Below, piece after piece: positions 1 through 12,815 of a stretch of DNA of 52,865 nt. The stretch spans positions 1,890,776 through 1,943,640 of the forward strand of contig WELB01000002.1 of the NCBI GenBank assembly GCA_009602725.1, read 5' to 3'. Source of the DNA: Spirogloea muscicola (taxonomy: Eukaryota). Both the position numbers and the translations under genes were made by a program. The notes beneath the pieces were generated by a model, which worked only from the letters and a program-made list of their open reading frames with translations, did no database searches and was not told the origin of the DNA. The number at the start of each line of letters is the position of its first letter. The first letter of the stretch is position 1.

Positions 1-142
1 CCCCCCCCCCAAAATAATCAGATAACCCACAATCCCCGCCCCCGTCCCTTTCTCATCTCTCCCCATCCTCCCTCCTCCTCCTAGCTTTTACAGCCGCTCT
101 TGCAATATCAGCAGCCGTATCCGATTTCTTTTCATTTGATAG

Positions 143-752
143 GCAAGGACTATTTGGCGGTGCACATGCGGCGCGGCGACAAGTACAAGGACTGGGCGGA
201 CTGCACCGGGACGAACGACTGCTTCTGGCCCATCACGGACGTCGCCGAGTGCATCTTCACGGCTGCGGCGCGCGTGAACGTGTCCATCGCCTACCTCGCA
301 TCCAACGCGCACCCCTGGGAGGTCCGCCTGCTCGAGGAGCTCCTCGCGGCGGGGCATGAGGACACGGGCCCCGTCACGCTGCTCACCTTCCCCGGCAGGT
401 TGGCCCTCTTGGTAGTCCTCGTGCAAGAGCTCTTGGTAGTCCTTGTGCAAGCTCCGGCCTGACGTGTACCCTGCATGCACGGCCCGCTTGCAGCTTCAAG
501 GAGCAGGACGGCTTTGCGCTGGTGTGGGCGGTGGACGGCGGCTGGATCCTCAACCGCTTCGACGAGAACCCCGGCGCCATCTGGAGCCTGGAGAAGCTGG
601 TGTGCACCATGGCCGCCTCCTTCCTGCGCTCGGGCGAGTCGGCGTTCGCCGACCACGTAACGAGCATGCGCGCTGCCCTCGGCACGGCGTCCTGCGCCGA
701 CGGCACGCTCTGCGAGGGCCGCGAGCGCGCGCCCATCCACCTCCCCGACTGA
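143..752 (+). CDS. 3' exons of a putative GDP-fucose-binding glycosyltransferase (O-fucosyltransferase-like); 5' part lies outside the window
   Basis: Exons 143-398 and 494-752 are joined in frame by a GT..AG intron (399-493). The product contains YLAVHMRRGDK, matching the VHxRRGD sugar-nucleotide motif of fucosyltransferase families. Stop TGA at 750-752. Confidence 0.6.
406..451. repeat. 24-bp tandem duplication in an intron
   Basis: ctcttggtagtcctcgtgcaagag is followed by ctcttggtagtccttgtgcaag. Confidence 0.85.
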
Positions 753-2206
753 CACCACGCTGGTGGCCACCGGGGGCCCTTCTTACATTCAGCGAATGTC
801 AACATATATAATTAAATATATACAACCAAAAGCAGGGACACATTCAGCCCCCACCAGCTGGGCTACCTTGACGTGCCTGGTTGTGATGAGTCCACTCGAT
901 CATCCAGGGGCACACCTGCCTGCTCACTTGCCCATTATATGTTGACCACCATTGCCAGGCACACTACGGGAAACGACTCCCTAGACTTTGGTTATCCAAT
1001 CCACTTAGGCGCACGCGTTGCTTGTGATGTTGTATACGTCTGAGCGGGAGCAGCAGACCCTCTCAAGGCTTGGCGTGATAGATTGAAACGGCAAGGCCTG
1101 CCTTTTGTAATCACCGCCTCCACATAGGCTCTGCAAAAGGTGCAAGTTTGGCTTTGACGCCAAGGGGGCCACAACGCAGTACTGCGCTTGGCTGGGTGTC
1201 ACAACCAGCATGCGTGTGTGCATGCAACAGCAGGCATCCATTATGTTGTTGCATGGCGAGGTGCAAGCAGAGATGTCGTGTATTGTTGCACATCTCTCCC
1301 CTACTCCGACCAGCTCAGGGCTCAAGTTTGCAAATGTGACCGAGCATTATGAGGTCATTGACAAGGTATATGATGGAGGCGACCATTCGTTTCTGCAACT
1401 TATGTAGGCGTGACTCCGCTCAGGGTGGCCGTCCATGTTTGCCGCCACATGACACTGCCTCCTCAATGGGCTCCAGCTCCACAGCGCCGCTGTGGATGTA
1501 TTGCCTATGCATATGGATACGACGGCAATAACATGTCTACTGCTTAGCCTCGCTCATGACATGTAGATGCAATTCGGGCAGGAATGTGACGCCTTAAGGG
1601 GCGCCCAAGTATATTATGCGGCGTGACTTGCGCACATTCCAAAAGCACATGGAGGTGAAAGCTACCTCGTACCTGAGCAGAAAGTCTAGCGAGCACTAAA
1701 AGGTGAGCAAATGATCAAGCGATGCAACAACTGTTGTGGGCTGAGGCTCTCCCACCTCATCGAGGAGGTGCGCCTCGCATCGAGCACAATCGGGGTGCTG
1801 CCAGGAGATGGCTGCTGTCAAGTACGAGGCAAGCAAACGTGCAATCTCCTGCTAGAGCTTCGGGGCTTGCTGTTGGTCCTGCCAACCAGTCGGCCGACGT
1901 GGATGGCATCCGCCAAGGGAACGACTTCGAGAGGAGTGCAGGCCACGACTGAGACGCCATCCCAGTGCTAGAGCCGAGCTTGCGGTGCGGGCTACAGCCA
2001 CAAGATCATACCTCTTGAGCTTGAGGTGCTGAGATTGCTTGAGAGTGCCAAGAGTACAGATAAAGTCGCAGTTATAGAGTACAGTTAAAGAGGTTAAGTG
2101 GTAAAGAGGGGGTTTAAGATAAGGGTACAACCTAAGATCAAGAGCTTAGCTGTTAAGGTTGCCAACGGTACAGACCAAGCATGCTGGCATTGGCTTCGGC
2201 CCTCTA

Positions 2207-4847
2207 TCACCAGAAAGGCCGCAGGAGCGCACGCTCCGCTTCGCCGAGGCGCGCACGCAGGGCAGCGAGCTCGGCGCGGGCGGCTGCTGCGCCCTTGTCT
2301 GCGGCGCTGGCGCGCGCGACTGCAGCGGCCACTTCGCAACGCGCTGCCTCTGTCGCGGCTGCCGCCTCCGCCACACGTGCCTCCGCAGCGCCGAGCCGCT
2401 CCGTGAGCACTGTGTTGTCGGCGGCCAGCTCGTCGAGCTCTGCTTGGAGGTCCACGAGCTGCCGCTCCGCGTCGCCTGTCTCGGCCCGCACTTTGGCCAG
2501 CAATGCCGCTGCCGCTTTGGCATCGGCCATGCCGGCGGCCTGGGCTGCCGCGAGCTCCGCGTCGCGCCGGTCGAGCATATTGCCCCTCTGTGCACGCAGC
2601 CTCCATGGCCGCTGTGAGAACGAGCAGCGGCAAGCAGTGGCACACGAGTCGGCGCCAGGAGCGGCAGGCAGCGAGCCATCAGCGGTGTGGGCGCCATGTC
2701 CACCTTGGCGGCAAGCGCCTGGGCCTGCACCAGGGCCTCGCGGAGCTCCTGGAGAGCCTGCGCAGCGTGGGCGTTGGCGTCGCGTGTCGCCGCAGCGGCT
2801 CTCGCCTCCTTGGCGAGCATCTCCTCGGCCATGCGCTCCCTGCGCCCGTTGCCGCTGGCCCCATTGTGGGACCAGTTGTTGCACTGGCCCTGCTTCGCAG
2901 TGGCCGGTCTTACTACGCTGATTTAGGTTTCAGGGATTACGGTTCAGGGTTTGGGGATTAGGGTTAGGGCGTGGCATGCAGAACGAGATGCAGGGGCAGG
3001 AGGAAGGAGAGAGGGGCCCTCGTACATGAGCCAGATGGCCTGCTCGTACTGCAGCTGCAGCGCCGCACGGCGCCGCCGCCGCGCCTCCCACCACTTGGCC
3101 GCCGCCGCCGCCGCCGCTGTCCCCGTCGAAGCCCGGCCCTGGCCGTCCGCCGCGCAGCCGATGGCGGTAGCGCCATTCTTGCCACGGCCTTGGGCGCAGC
3201 CTTGCACCGCCGTCGCTGCGGTTTTCGCGGTCGCCCGCTGCCCGCTGCCCAGAACCCAGATGGCGCCGCTGCCGTCTGCCGGCTCAGCCTCGGCCCATTG
3301 CCGCAGCGGCGGCAGCCCACAGCCACCGGCAACGGGCTCCACAGCGGCGGCGTTGCCGGCGCGGCCGACGCTGGCTGCGGCAGCGCAGCGTGGGGGGCAC
3401 TCGTCTGGCGGGAGGAAGTAGCCGTCGCGGACGAGCGACGAGAGGAGGACGGCGGCGGCGCCGGTGCTGCCGCCGCCGTCGCAGCCGCGGCGGCGATCTG
3501 CGGCGCAGGCACCGGGCGCGCTCGGCAGCGCCGCCTCATCAAAGGCCGGTGTAGCGACGACTTGCAGCATGCTCCCAGGAGGAACGCCGGCGCCGGCGCC
3601 GCCGGCGCCGCCGCCGCCGCCGCCAACGCCGTTGGTGTGGCCGGTGCGGCCGTCGTCGCCGTCGTCGCTCTCGCTGCCGTCGAGGGCAGCGGTGGGGAAG
3701 AAGCCGACGAGCGCCGTGAAGGACGGGTCGCCGTGGCCGCTGCGGAGCTTCGCCCAGGCTGCGGCGAGGCTGGGAGGCCCTGCGCCGCCGCCGCCGCCGC
3801 CNNNNNNNNNNNNNNNNNNNNNNNNNNNNNNNNNNNNNNNNNNNNNNNNNNNNNNNNNNNNNNNNNNNNNNNNNNNNNNNNNNNNNNNNNNNNNNNNNNN
3901 NNNNNNNNNNNNNNNNNNNNNNNNNNNNNNNNNNNNNNNNNNNNNNNNNNNNNNNNNNNNNNNNNNNNNNNNNNNNNNNNNNNNNNNNNNNNNNNNNNNN
4001 NNNNNNNNNNNNNNNNNNNNNNNNNNNNNNNNNNNNNNNNNNNNNNNNNNNNNNNNNNNNNNNNNNNNNNNNNNNNNNNNNNNNNNNNNNNNNNNNNNNN
4101 NNNNNNNNNNNNNNNNNNNNNNNNNNNNNNNNNNNNNNNNNNNNNNNNNNNNNNNNNNNNNNNNNNNNNNNNNNNNNNNNNNNNNNNNNNNNNNNNNNNN
4201 NNNNNNNNNNNNNNNNNNNNNNNNNNNNNNNNNNNNNNNNNNNNNNNNNNNNNNNNNNNNNNNNNNNNNNNNNNNNNNNNNNNNNNNNNNNNNNNNNNNN
4301 NNNNNNNNNNNNNNNNNNNNNNNNNNNNNNNNNNNNNNNNNNNNNNNNNNNNNNNNNNNNNNNNNNNNNNNNNNNNNNNNNNNNNNNNNNNNNNNNNNNN
4401 NNNNNNNNNNNNNNNNNNNNNNNNNNNNNNNNNNNNNNNNNNNNNNNNNNNNNNNNNNNNNNNNNNNNNNNNNNNNNNNNNNNNNNNNNNNNNNNNNNNN
4501 NNNNNNNNNNNNNNNNNNNNNNNNNNNNNNNNNNNNNNNNNNNNNNNNNNNNNNNNNNNNNNNNNNNNNNNNNNNNNNNNNNNNNNNNNNNNNNNNNNNN
4601 NNNNNNNNNNNNNNNNNNNNNNNNNNNNNNNNNNNNNNNNNNNNNNNNNNNNNNNNNNNNNNNNNNNNNNNNNNNNNNNNNNNNNNNNNNNNNNNNNNNN
4701 NNNNNNNNCGACAGCGGCGGCGGCGGCGACGGGTGGGCGTGGCGCGGCCGGCCGCAGCCCGGCGGCCCGGCGAGCCTCCTGGTGCGCCTCCTCCTCCGTG
4801 TGTAGTCGGACTTGGACCACAGGTAGATTGTCGCTCGCCCTTGACAT
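2207..4847 (-). CDS. Unknown Ala-rich coiled-coil protein, multi-exon, spanning an assembly gap
   Basis: Heptad-like exons ~2704-2890 (MAEEMLAKEARAAAA..ALQELREALVQAQALAAK, GT donor at 2703) and 2207-~2590 (LDRRDAELAAAQ..LQAELDELAADNTVLTERL..LLRPFW*) splice in phase 0. Upstream coding-like sequence lies at ~3020-3800 and a possible ATG at 4847. The upstream junctions are not resolved. Confidence 0.5.
2921..2969 (+). repeat. Degenerate telomere-like (TTTAGGG/TTAGGG) tract in a probable intron
   Basis: atttaggtttcagggattacggttcagggtttggggattagggttaggg. Confidence 0.7.
3802..4708. other. Assembly gap (N run) flanked by GCC repeats
   Basis: Run of N. Confidence 1.
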
Positions 4848-7155
4848 TTGCCCTCTGCTCGGCAGCTTGTGCAGGCTGCAGCTCTGGGTACCAGGTTGGT
4901 TACACCTGTGCTTCTATGTTGTACCAGGGACGTCCTCCACATGTTACCTGTGGTTCCCTAACATACCATCTAGCTTGGTTCATGTCAGCAACTTCCTGCA
5001 AATTACAGTGCTTGACAGCATAGAGCTAGAGATTACAGATTTTGAATACTATAAGGCAACAAAGGACCTGCTCAGTCCGGCCGCTGTCCAGCCAAAGTCA
5101 ATCAGCTCATTCGAGGAATCTCACCCATGTGATGAGCAGGTGACCAAGGCCGGCAACACTGTGAGCATACTACGGTTCGCCGCGGGGCAGCGGCTGGTCT
5201 GGGCGCCAGCGCTGCCTCCGACCATGCCACGCACAACGTACATGTCTGTCATTAGGGACGCCGATGGATCTCTGCTCGGCAACACTAAGAGACGGGGGAC
5301 AGGCGGCGCATTTGTCGTAAGAGCCACCAGCCGCCTCCTATTATCACCGAGCTGCATTGCAGAGCCGGGGTTGGAACTCACTCTACTGCTCCACTTGCAT
5401 CCGCTCGGTCGCCCTCGTTGTAACGCCGCCTCCCATCACAGCCCACACGTCCCAGGTAAGGTATTTCAACTTCAGGGATCCGAGGAGAAAGCACTTCCCT
5501 CAAACTTCAAGGCTTCAGACCTTACTATGCTTGTAAAATTAGTTGTTCTTGTGGGGACTTATGCCATGCTGCTCATTCAGCTTGGTTTAGCTTCATACAA
5601 GACTTCTAGCTGGGGTTCGTAGATCAAGCAATAGGTGCCCAAGTGATAACTGGCCAATCTGCAGTGAGACCAGAATCTGCACTTGCAACTCTGTACCAAG
5701 ACAGGGACCAGCATGACAAGCCTACAGAAGGCACAAACAGCCTTGCAGACTTAAAGAAGGTGCAGAGCCGGCCAAGCTGGCTCCCTGCGCACGTCTGATT
5801 CGCATAGTGGGCTGGCATTTGTATCTCAGGTCAGACGTTCGGACACCAATGAGGTTGTTCCGCTCGTGCCTACTCTGGCCTTACAACGCGATCAAATGGA
5901 ACCAGGTAGGCCAAGTGTCCTGGACAGGGTCTGTGCTTCTGCATCTAGGAACCGTATCACCTCACCACCCATGAGTGGTTGCTCAGTCGCGAGCATTAAA
6001 GTCGCATGCCATATATGACATGTAGACCGTCTATCAGGGGCTGGCACAGTGTGCTCATTCCTACAAATTTAGCTTCTCGGGTAGTTGCTTTGCTGCATGA
6101 TCCAGCTCGGCTGATTGCTCTCATTGCAGGTCGCGGGAGTGGAGTACAAGGTCTTACTGGCTTTGGCCTGCAGCGTGCCGCAGCTCGCAAGGTTCTCGGT
6201 CTCAGCACCCGACTCGCGCGGCTGCCAGCAGAACATGCTGGTGAAGCTGGCCAGTGTTGGGCTCACTGGTGACTACAATCCCAGCAAGCCCTGTGTGGTC
6301 GCCAACCGCACAAACTCTTGGGTGTCGACGTTCAGCAAGCAGTGTCTGTCGCCCAAGCAACAGGTGTGGCAGCTAAGTCTCGCCACCGGCTACCCAAAAT
6401 TGGAACTGAAGCTGACACGAACGCCACGCCAGCCTCTTGCCCATGACGACATTGTTTCCACAAATGTAAGTAGCACAAATAATGGTCAGTCTGTGCAGCA
6501 GTCTGTGCAGCAGCTAGCCTTTGACGCTACCAAGCCACGGTAGGAGGAGACTCTACTTGTGTCAAGCTGGCCTCATATTAGCAGTCTGACGAGCACAATG
6601 GCTCGCTATTTGAATCGGGAGCATCGCAACCTAGTCAAATCACTTCTCAAGTAGATTCTTAGGGTTGCGCCTTATTTCAGAGAATGTAGTGCAACAGTGA
6701 AAATGCAGGGCTTCGGTGCCTTTGTTCATACTCATTACTGGGCCAATAACAGCCATCGCCCTCTACTGGAAGAGTCTTTCCTTCTTTAGAAGGCCCAGAC
6801 GCAATTAGGAGGACAACATGACTATGTCAGCTATCCGAGGGGACCATGTCAGCTATCATGTTTCTGTCCATGTCTGATAAGATAGACAGGAATGTGAACT
6901 TGAATGCACGCAGCCATGTCACCTGAGTCATCTGAGAGCCTGACGAAGGTACACGTCTGCTGTGCCTGACTTCAATTTGCATGTACGGAACAATTCAGAT
7001 GTAGGACCGAGAAATCGTCCAGTCTTCTCGGCCACGCCAGCTCGTCACGAAGTCTGCCTACCATCAAAATCTTGTATCTGCACGAAAGCTCAAGGGACTC
7101 TAGTTGTCCCAGGCGATGCAGATTATGCAGGAGTCCTTGGGACAATATTGTTCTG

Positions 7156-7470
7156 CACCGACCTGCGGCTGCTCAACAGAGGTTACTGAGTGCCTCGTGG
7201 CCACTTCATTCACTGTGTGCTTTACCGCTTTCTCTGGCCACTTCAAACTTCGTTCATTCTCTTTTCTGGGCTGGCCTCTCACAGCCATCGCCCTCTACTG
7301 GAAGCGTCTATTCTGCAAGGAGGGTGGGCAGTGTGATGCAGATGTAAGAGCAATATGGCTGTGAGAAGCCAGCCCAAAAGAAGGACAAAGTCTGATGGGG
7401 CCAGATGGCGCAAAAAGCAATTGCTAAGACGGCAGCAAGGGGGCTCTCAATAACCTCGAGTCAGTAAGTG
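7156..7470. mobile_element. Two CRE-like retroelement 3' remnants in tail-to-tail orientation
   Basis: The + copy 7156-7303 encodes TDLRLLNRGY* and ends with ctgggctggcctctcacagccatcgccc. The - copy ~7345-7470 encodes LLTRGY* and ends with ttttgggctggcttctcacagcc. Both match the ends of the larger copies at 40.7-45.3 kb. Confidence 0.75.
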
Positions 7471-8445
7471 AAGAGCCACGACTAGCTTCTTCTCCAGCCT
7501 ACTGCAGCTTTAGTCCACTGCCTCTCTTTAGTCTAATGCATGCGCAACAGGATGTCGTTGTCTTGTGCACTGATCCCCTGAATGACTTTTTCCACAGCAG
7601 ATTGATGATGGAGAATATGGCGACTAAGCAATGTAGCTTGCTGCACACAGAGAAAGTGCTCCTTGAGGCCACTTTGAAGTGGCCTCCGTCTGCTCCTGCT
7701 TGCTTACAACTGGCCCGGTCTCAATACTACTGGATGACACTCCTCCCTTCCACACCACGCATACATAATTCCTTGAGCTAATGTAGTCCCTTGTGGTGCA
7801 CAGCTACCGGCACAGTTGCGTCACTCTCGGTGTCAACGAGGTCATCTTGGTGGCTTACAAGTCTACCTGCAGCCTGCGTGATGTCAAGCGGCAGGCTTGG
7901 CTCCTGGGAGTATGTCTTCGTTATGTCAAGCTTCAGTAAGTAGGAGACACTGCTTCACTGGTGAGTTTTTGAGAGCTTTGCTGATTGCAGCTCCGCAGAG
8001 GACATTGCGTGCAGTCTGCAATGCTTATTTGCGACATTTCATAATGTTCATTTGTCAGCACTGTCGCCGCCTGATCAGGTGGAGGCACTTTCCCCAGGAT
8101 CCCATCGCGGCCTCCTCCTTGTATGGAGAGGAACACGTCAGTCTGTGACGTTCCGCAGCCTTCCCTATGACCTTGCGGGACGCCAGCGCTTCTGCAACAC
8201 GAGAGATAGATATCTGTCAACGGCCAAAACTTGCGCCCAGGAGCAGAAGTATGATACATGCTCACGCAGGAAGACAGGCAGACCTGCCCTCCATTACTCA
8301 TCATATTGCCATTATCAAGTTCAGGCTGGATGCTCAGCCACGATGCCAACCTTTTGCAAGAGGAAGTAATGCACCGGCAAGATGTTTGCACTGCTCCTGC
8401 CCAGCAGCAGTGGACAGGTCCAACATCAGAAGAGAATGATACCAT

Positions 8446-8656
8446 CCTGCACATGCGAGCAGGCCGCGCTTTGGATGCTGCTTCTGAAATTTCGTCTTGG
8501 AGACAGAGTTCCGGCTGCAAGCTACTCTGACTTGCGGCTGACTCGGAGGCATCGAGCACCCGTAGCAGCGACTTACGGAAGCATGTGACTAAGCCCTTTC
8601 TGGCCCATCTGCCTTGTCCACATTTGGCTGGCCTTTTGCAGCCATTGCCCCCTTTC
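8446..8656 (+). mobile_element. Degenerate CRE-like retroelement 3' remnant
   Basis: Encodes LHMRAGRALDAAS..PAASYSDLRLTR (frameshifted), then ttggctggccttttgcagccattgccccc. Confidence 0.7.
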
Positions 8657-9024
8657 TACAACACTGCAAGCTGCGATCATGTTGGACTCCTCCAACTCAA
8701 GCTCCTTGTGCAGTAGGACCCAGTCCGCCTACTTCTGAGCTATGCTGTGTCGCAAGAAGAAGCGGTCGATCTATGCCCTGCGAGCTCCGCCATGTGTAGC
8801 TCGGCTGGACATGATCAGTAGCATCCGCTCGTGTAATAGCTGCATGCACCAACATCCGATAACCATACTCGCTGGCCGCTGGGCAAAATCTCCAAGTATG
8901 ATTGTATTCTACTTGCGCAGCCCCGAGCTTGCGTTGCAGCAGCTGAACAACTGTATTGTTGATCTGCGAACACACGTTTCCTTCCACCTTCCGCCGCACC
9001 GGCGACGGCCGCGAGGCCGCCGCC

Positions 9025-9094
9025 ATGGGCGCCGCGGCGCGCGGTGCCGCGCCCGGTCGGCGCTCGAGGCGGCGATGCGGCCCACGCAGGTCCG

Positions 9095-9125
<31 letters not shown>

Positions 9126-12100
9126 CTCCCGCGACTGCCGCAATATCGTCAGTCAAGCCGGCCCTGAGCGCCGTCGCGCGCAGGTGAAGACGCACGCCTT
9201 CCGCAAGGCACACGAGAACATCGACGCCACGCTCAAGGCTACGGAGGCCGTGCTGGCGCAGTTTGACGTCTCGCGCCAGGTGCGGCGCGCCCGCCGCCGC
9301 CGTCGCCGCCGCCGCCGTCGGATGCAGGGCCTTGGCCGCGATCGAGCCCTGGCGCAGCGCCCAATTTGACAACGGTTTCGATTTGGCGCTGGCGGCGCGC
9401 TCCCAGGTGGAGCCGCGGGTGCTGGAGGGCCCGCGGCGCGACCTGGACGCGTACCTGGAGGCCGTGGACCGCCTGCAGGGCGCCGTGGCCTTATTCGACG
9501 GCAATCGCACGTACAAGAGCTCCGAGGCGGCGCTGTCGCACGCCCGCGGCCTCCTCCACAAGGGGCTGGCCAAGCTCGAGGACGAGTTCCGCACCCTCCT
9601 GGCCACCAACAGGTGCTGACGGCGAGCTACCAAGCTGAGTCGGGGCTTTCCCAATCTGCTGTGCAGTGGCTGACCATCATCACAGCTGTGCCAGTGCCTT
9701 GGCGGCTGTCTCCGGGCTCCGCCAGGGCGACGTCTCTCCGCCCTCTACATATATCCCGATCTGCGCTTAGTTTGCTGAGGAATTTTAAAGTTTCTTAGCA
9801 TGGGTAAGCGGTTGACCAGAGGTTATTGAGCGCCCACTCGGTGGAGTTATCAAGCGTAGTTGTCACGGCCATTGCATGAGACTAAGTCCTGAATCTAAGG
9901 TTTCTCGTCAACTTTTTGGATTATCATTGGCAGATCCAAAAAGGTATTCTGAAAGAGCTGTTTCTCCTGACGCTGGTGTTGTTGCTTGTCTCGGGCTGCG
10001 CAGCAAGAACGTCGACTCGGAGCTCCTGATGAAGCTCCTGCCAGACAGCATCCGGGGCGTCGTGGAGACCGACGAGGCTGCCCCACCAAACGGCCGCCAA
10101 GATGGCGCAAGTGGCGGTGGCGCGGCCGCTGGGGCCGGCTTGGAGCTGCCGGTCCTGGTGACGCCCGCGGCCGTGCCCCGCCTGCTGGCCATCGCCCATC
10201 GCATGGTCTCCGCTGGCGCCGCAGTGCCGTGCACCAAGGCCTACAAGTGCGTGGCCACTTGCTCCTGCTCGCCCTGCTGAGTGTGAGCTCGGCCTGCACA
10301 GCCAACGGATGGAGTCACTCACTCGTGTGTGTTCCGCGTGTGCCCTGCCGTGGCTTGCCTTCAGGGAAGTGCGAGGCGGCATGCTGGAGGTCAGCCTGCG
10401 CAAGCTGGGCGTCGAGAAGCTGAGCCGCGAGGACATTCTCAAGATGCAGTGGGAGATGCTGGAGGGCAAGATCGGGTGCTGGATTCAGTTCATGCATGTC
10501 ACGGTGCGGCAGCAAACTTTCCTTCTTTCCTTGCGCGCTTTTGGCAATGGCGCTGGATACTGCCGACTTTCTTGAGTGGTCCTCCCAAGAGAATGCCGGC
10601 AGTATAGAGGACACGCTGTTGCCGCAGCTCACTGCATTTCCTGTTGTGCTTGCCAGATCAAGCTGCTGTTTGCGAGCGAGCGGCAGCTGTGCGACGCGGT
10701 GTACATTGGGCTCGATCCCCACCGCGAGCGCTGCTTCGCCGAGCTCGCAGAGCCTGGAATGACGATGCTGCTGTCATTTGGGGAGGCCATTGCGAGGTCC
10801 AAGCGGTCACCTGAGAAGCTGTTTGTGCTGCTGGACATGTACGAAACCATGCGCGACGTCCTCGGTGAGGTGCGATGTTCGGTCTTCTGATCCCAATCCA
10901 TCATGTACACTTTTAGCATCCCACTGAATCTCCAAGACCTTATGCAACTTGACCCACTGCTTGCTCAGGTGGACCGTGTCTTCTCCGGCGATGCCTGCCT
11001 CCCAATGAGAGACGCTGCCAAGGGCTTGCTGCGGCGGCTTTCTGTGACGGCGCGTGAGACCTTTGGCGAGTTCGAGGAGGCAGTAGAGAAGGATGCGACA
11101 AAGACGCCGGTCGCGGACGGCACTGTGCACCCTCTTACAAGCTATGTCATCAACTATGTCAAGTTCCTGTTTGAGTAAGTCTTCTTTGCCGAGGAATGAG
11201 CCCTGACTTTCCTATAGAGAAGCCATGACTCCCGCTTCTGAAGCCCGTTTCAGGGGAGCTCAAGTTGGACACCTGCTTAATGCAGCGTCCTGCCAAGTGC
11301 AGCTACCAGAACACGCTGAAGCTGCTGTTTGGCGAGGACGCGGGCGAGGACGGCGACCAGGGCTCGCGCCTGGCTGTGGCCACTGCTCGCATCATGCAGG
11401 TCCTGCAGAACAACCTCGATGCCAAGGCGAAGCTGTACCGTGACCCAGCGCTCACGCAGCTCTTCCTCATGAACAACGTCCACTACATGGTCCGCTCTGT
11501 ACGGAGGTGCACACTCACCATAATCAAGCAGAGGCCAGGGTCCTTGATGGACGTTCTTGTCATACCAAGTAACAGCTGCAACAACTCAGCCCGTAAGCGG
11601 CTCGTGGGCTCTGCCCATGCCTCCACAGGTCCGAGGCCAAAGACCTGCTGGGTGATGACTGGGTTCAGCGGCACCGCCGGGTCGTGCAGCAGCATGCCAA
11701 TCAGTATCAGCGAGCTGCATGGGGCAGGGTGCGCCTCCGTGTCAGCCCCTGCCATGTCAATTCGGGACGCTAGAAGTATTTGGCCTTGGGCTGCAAGCTT
11801 GTGAGCATGACTGACTCCTGTTACTGGCTATGAAGCTTTAAGTGATCTACAGATGCAAAAGCTCACTAGTGTCAGTTTCCTCTCTTGAAGGTCTTTCAGT
11901 CTTGCAGTATCAGGAGCTGGCAGTTGCGTCAGCTTAATCGTCGCTGGAGGGCTGCCTCTTGGTCACCATGTCTCAGTCTCGTCTTGCTGCTCACGCAGGT
12001 ACTGGGCTACCTGAGCGGCCAGGGGCTGTCTTCGGGGGGATCAGGAGGAATGAGCAGCAGTGGTGGAGACAGCGGTGTGAATCGCACAGTCCTCAAGGAG

Positions 12101-12815
12101 CGGTCAGTCTTCCTCTTGACTCTGTCCAGCCCTTGATCGCACCTTGCTATCTTTCCAGGCCCCGATGCCGCACAGCATATAAGAAGTTAGTGTGTGTGGG
12201 AGATGGGATCTTGGCGCAGCTGGCCTTAGCTTGCAGACGACAATAACTCAAGTACATGTTCTCGGACACTCTGGAGATTCTGACCCTATCTTGGCGGCAT
12301 CTGCATCTGCACATGGCCGCTGTTCCAGATTCAAGAACTTCAACCTAGCGTTTGAGGAGCTCCACCGTGCTCAGTGCCAGTGGACCATCCCTGATACTGA
12401 GCTGCGGGAGGCAGTGCGGTTGGCTGTAGCTGAAGTCCTCCTGCCTGCCTACCGCTCCTTTCTCAAGCGCTACAGGTGTGGCACACCGCCAGGGCTAGCT
12501 CAGCGCCAAGAGTGCAGATAACTGCATGCTGTGCTGTGCGCCAGCAATGACTATTGCCTGGAAGTCCAAGTAGACCCTGGATAACGTAGTTACGGATCAC
12601 TAGTGACATCACAAGCGCTGACTTCAGGCCCCGCCATGACGTTGTCATAGATTGTTTCACGTGAAGCTCCCTCTAAAGGTTGTCGTCGTATGTGCAGCTC
12701 GTACTTGGAGAGTGGCAAGAACCCAGGCAAGTACATCAAATATACCCCCGAGGACCTGGAGCGCCTGCTTTCTGAGCTCTTTGAGGGCAAGATGCGCATT
12801 GAGCAGAAGCGCTGA
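9025..12815 (+). CDS. EXO70: Exocyst subunit Exo70, EXO70A type, 12 exons; 5' end anomalous
   Basis: Exons ~9057-9089, 9184-9279, 9407-9612, 10004-10246, 10365-10503, 10657-10869, 10969-11174, 11303-11506, 11629-11728, 11999-12102, 12329-12475 and 12698-12815 are all GT-AG and in phase. Motifs: SALEAAMRPTQ, RKAHENID, SPEKLFVLLDMYE, DGTVHPLTSYVINYVKFL, FLMNNVHYMV, LLPAYRSFLKRY, KYIKYTPEDLE. Confidence 0.96.

Noticed and set aside
2964..5622. Very long ORFs (467-883 aa) in the ORF track
   Set aside because: They are open only because they read through the 907-bp N gap and GCC repeats.
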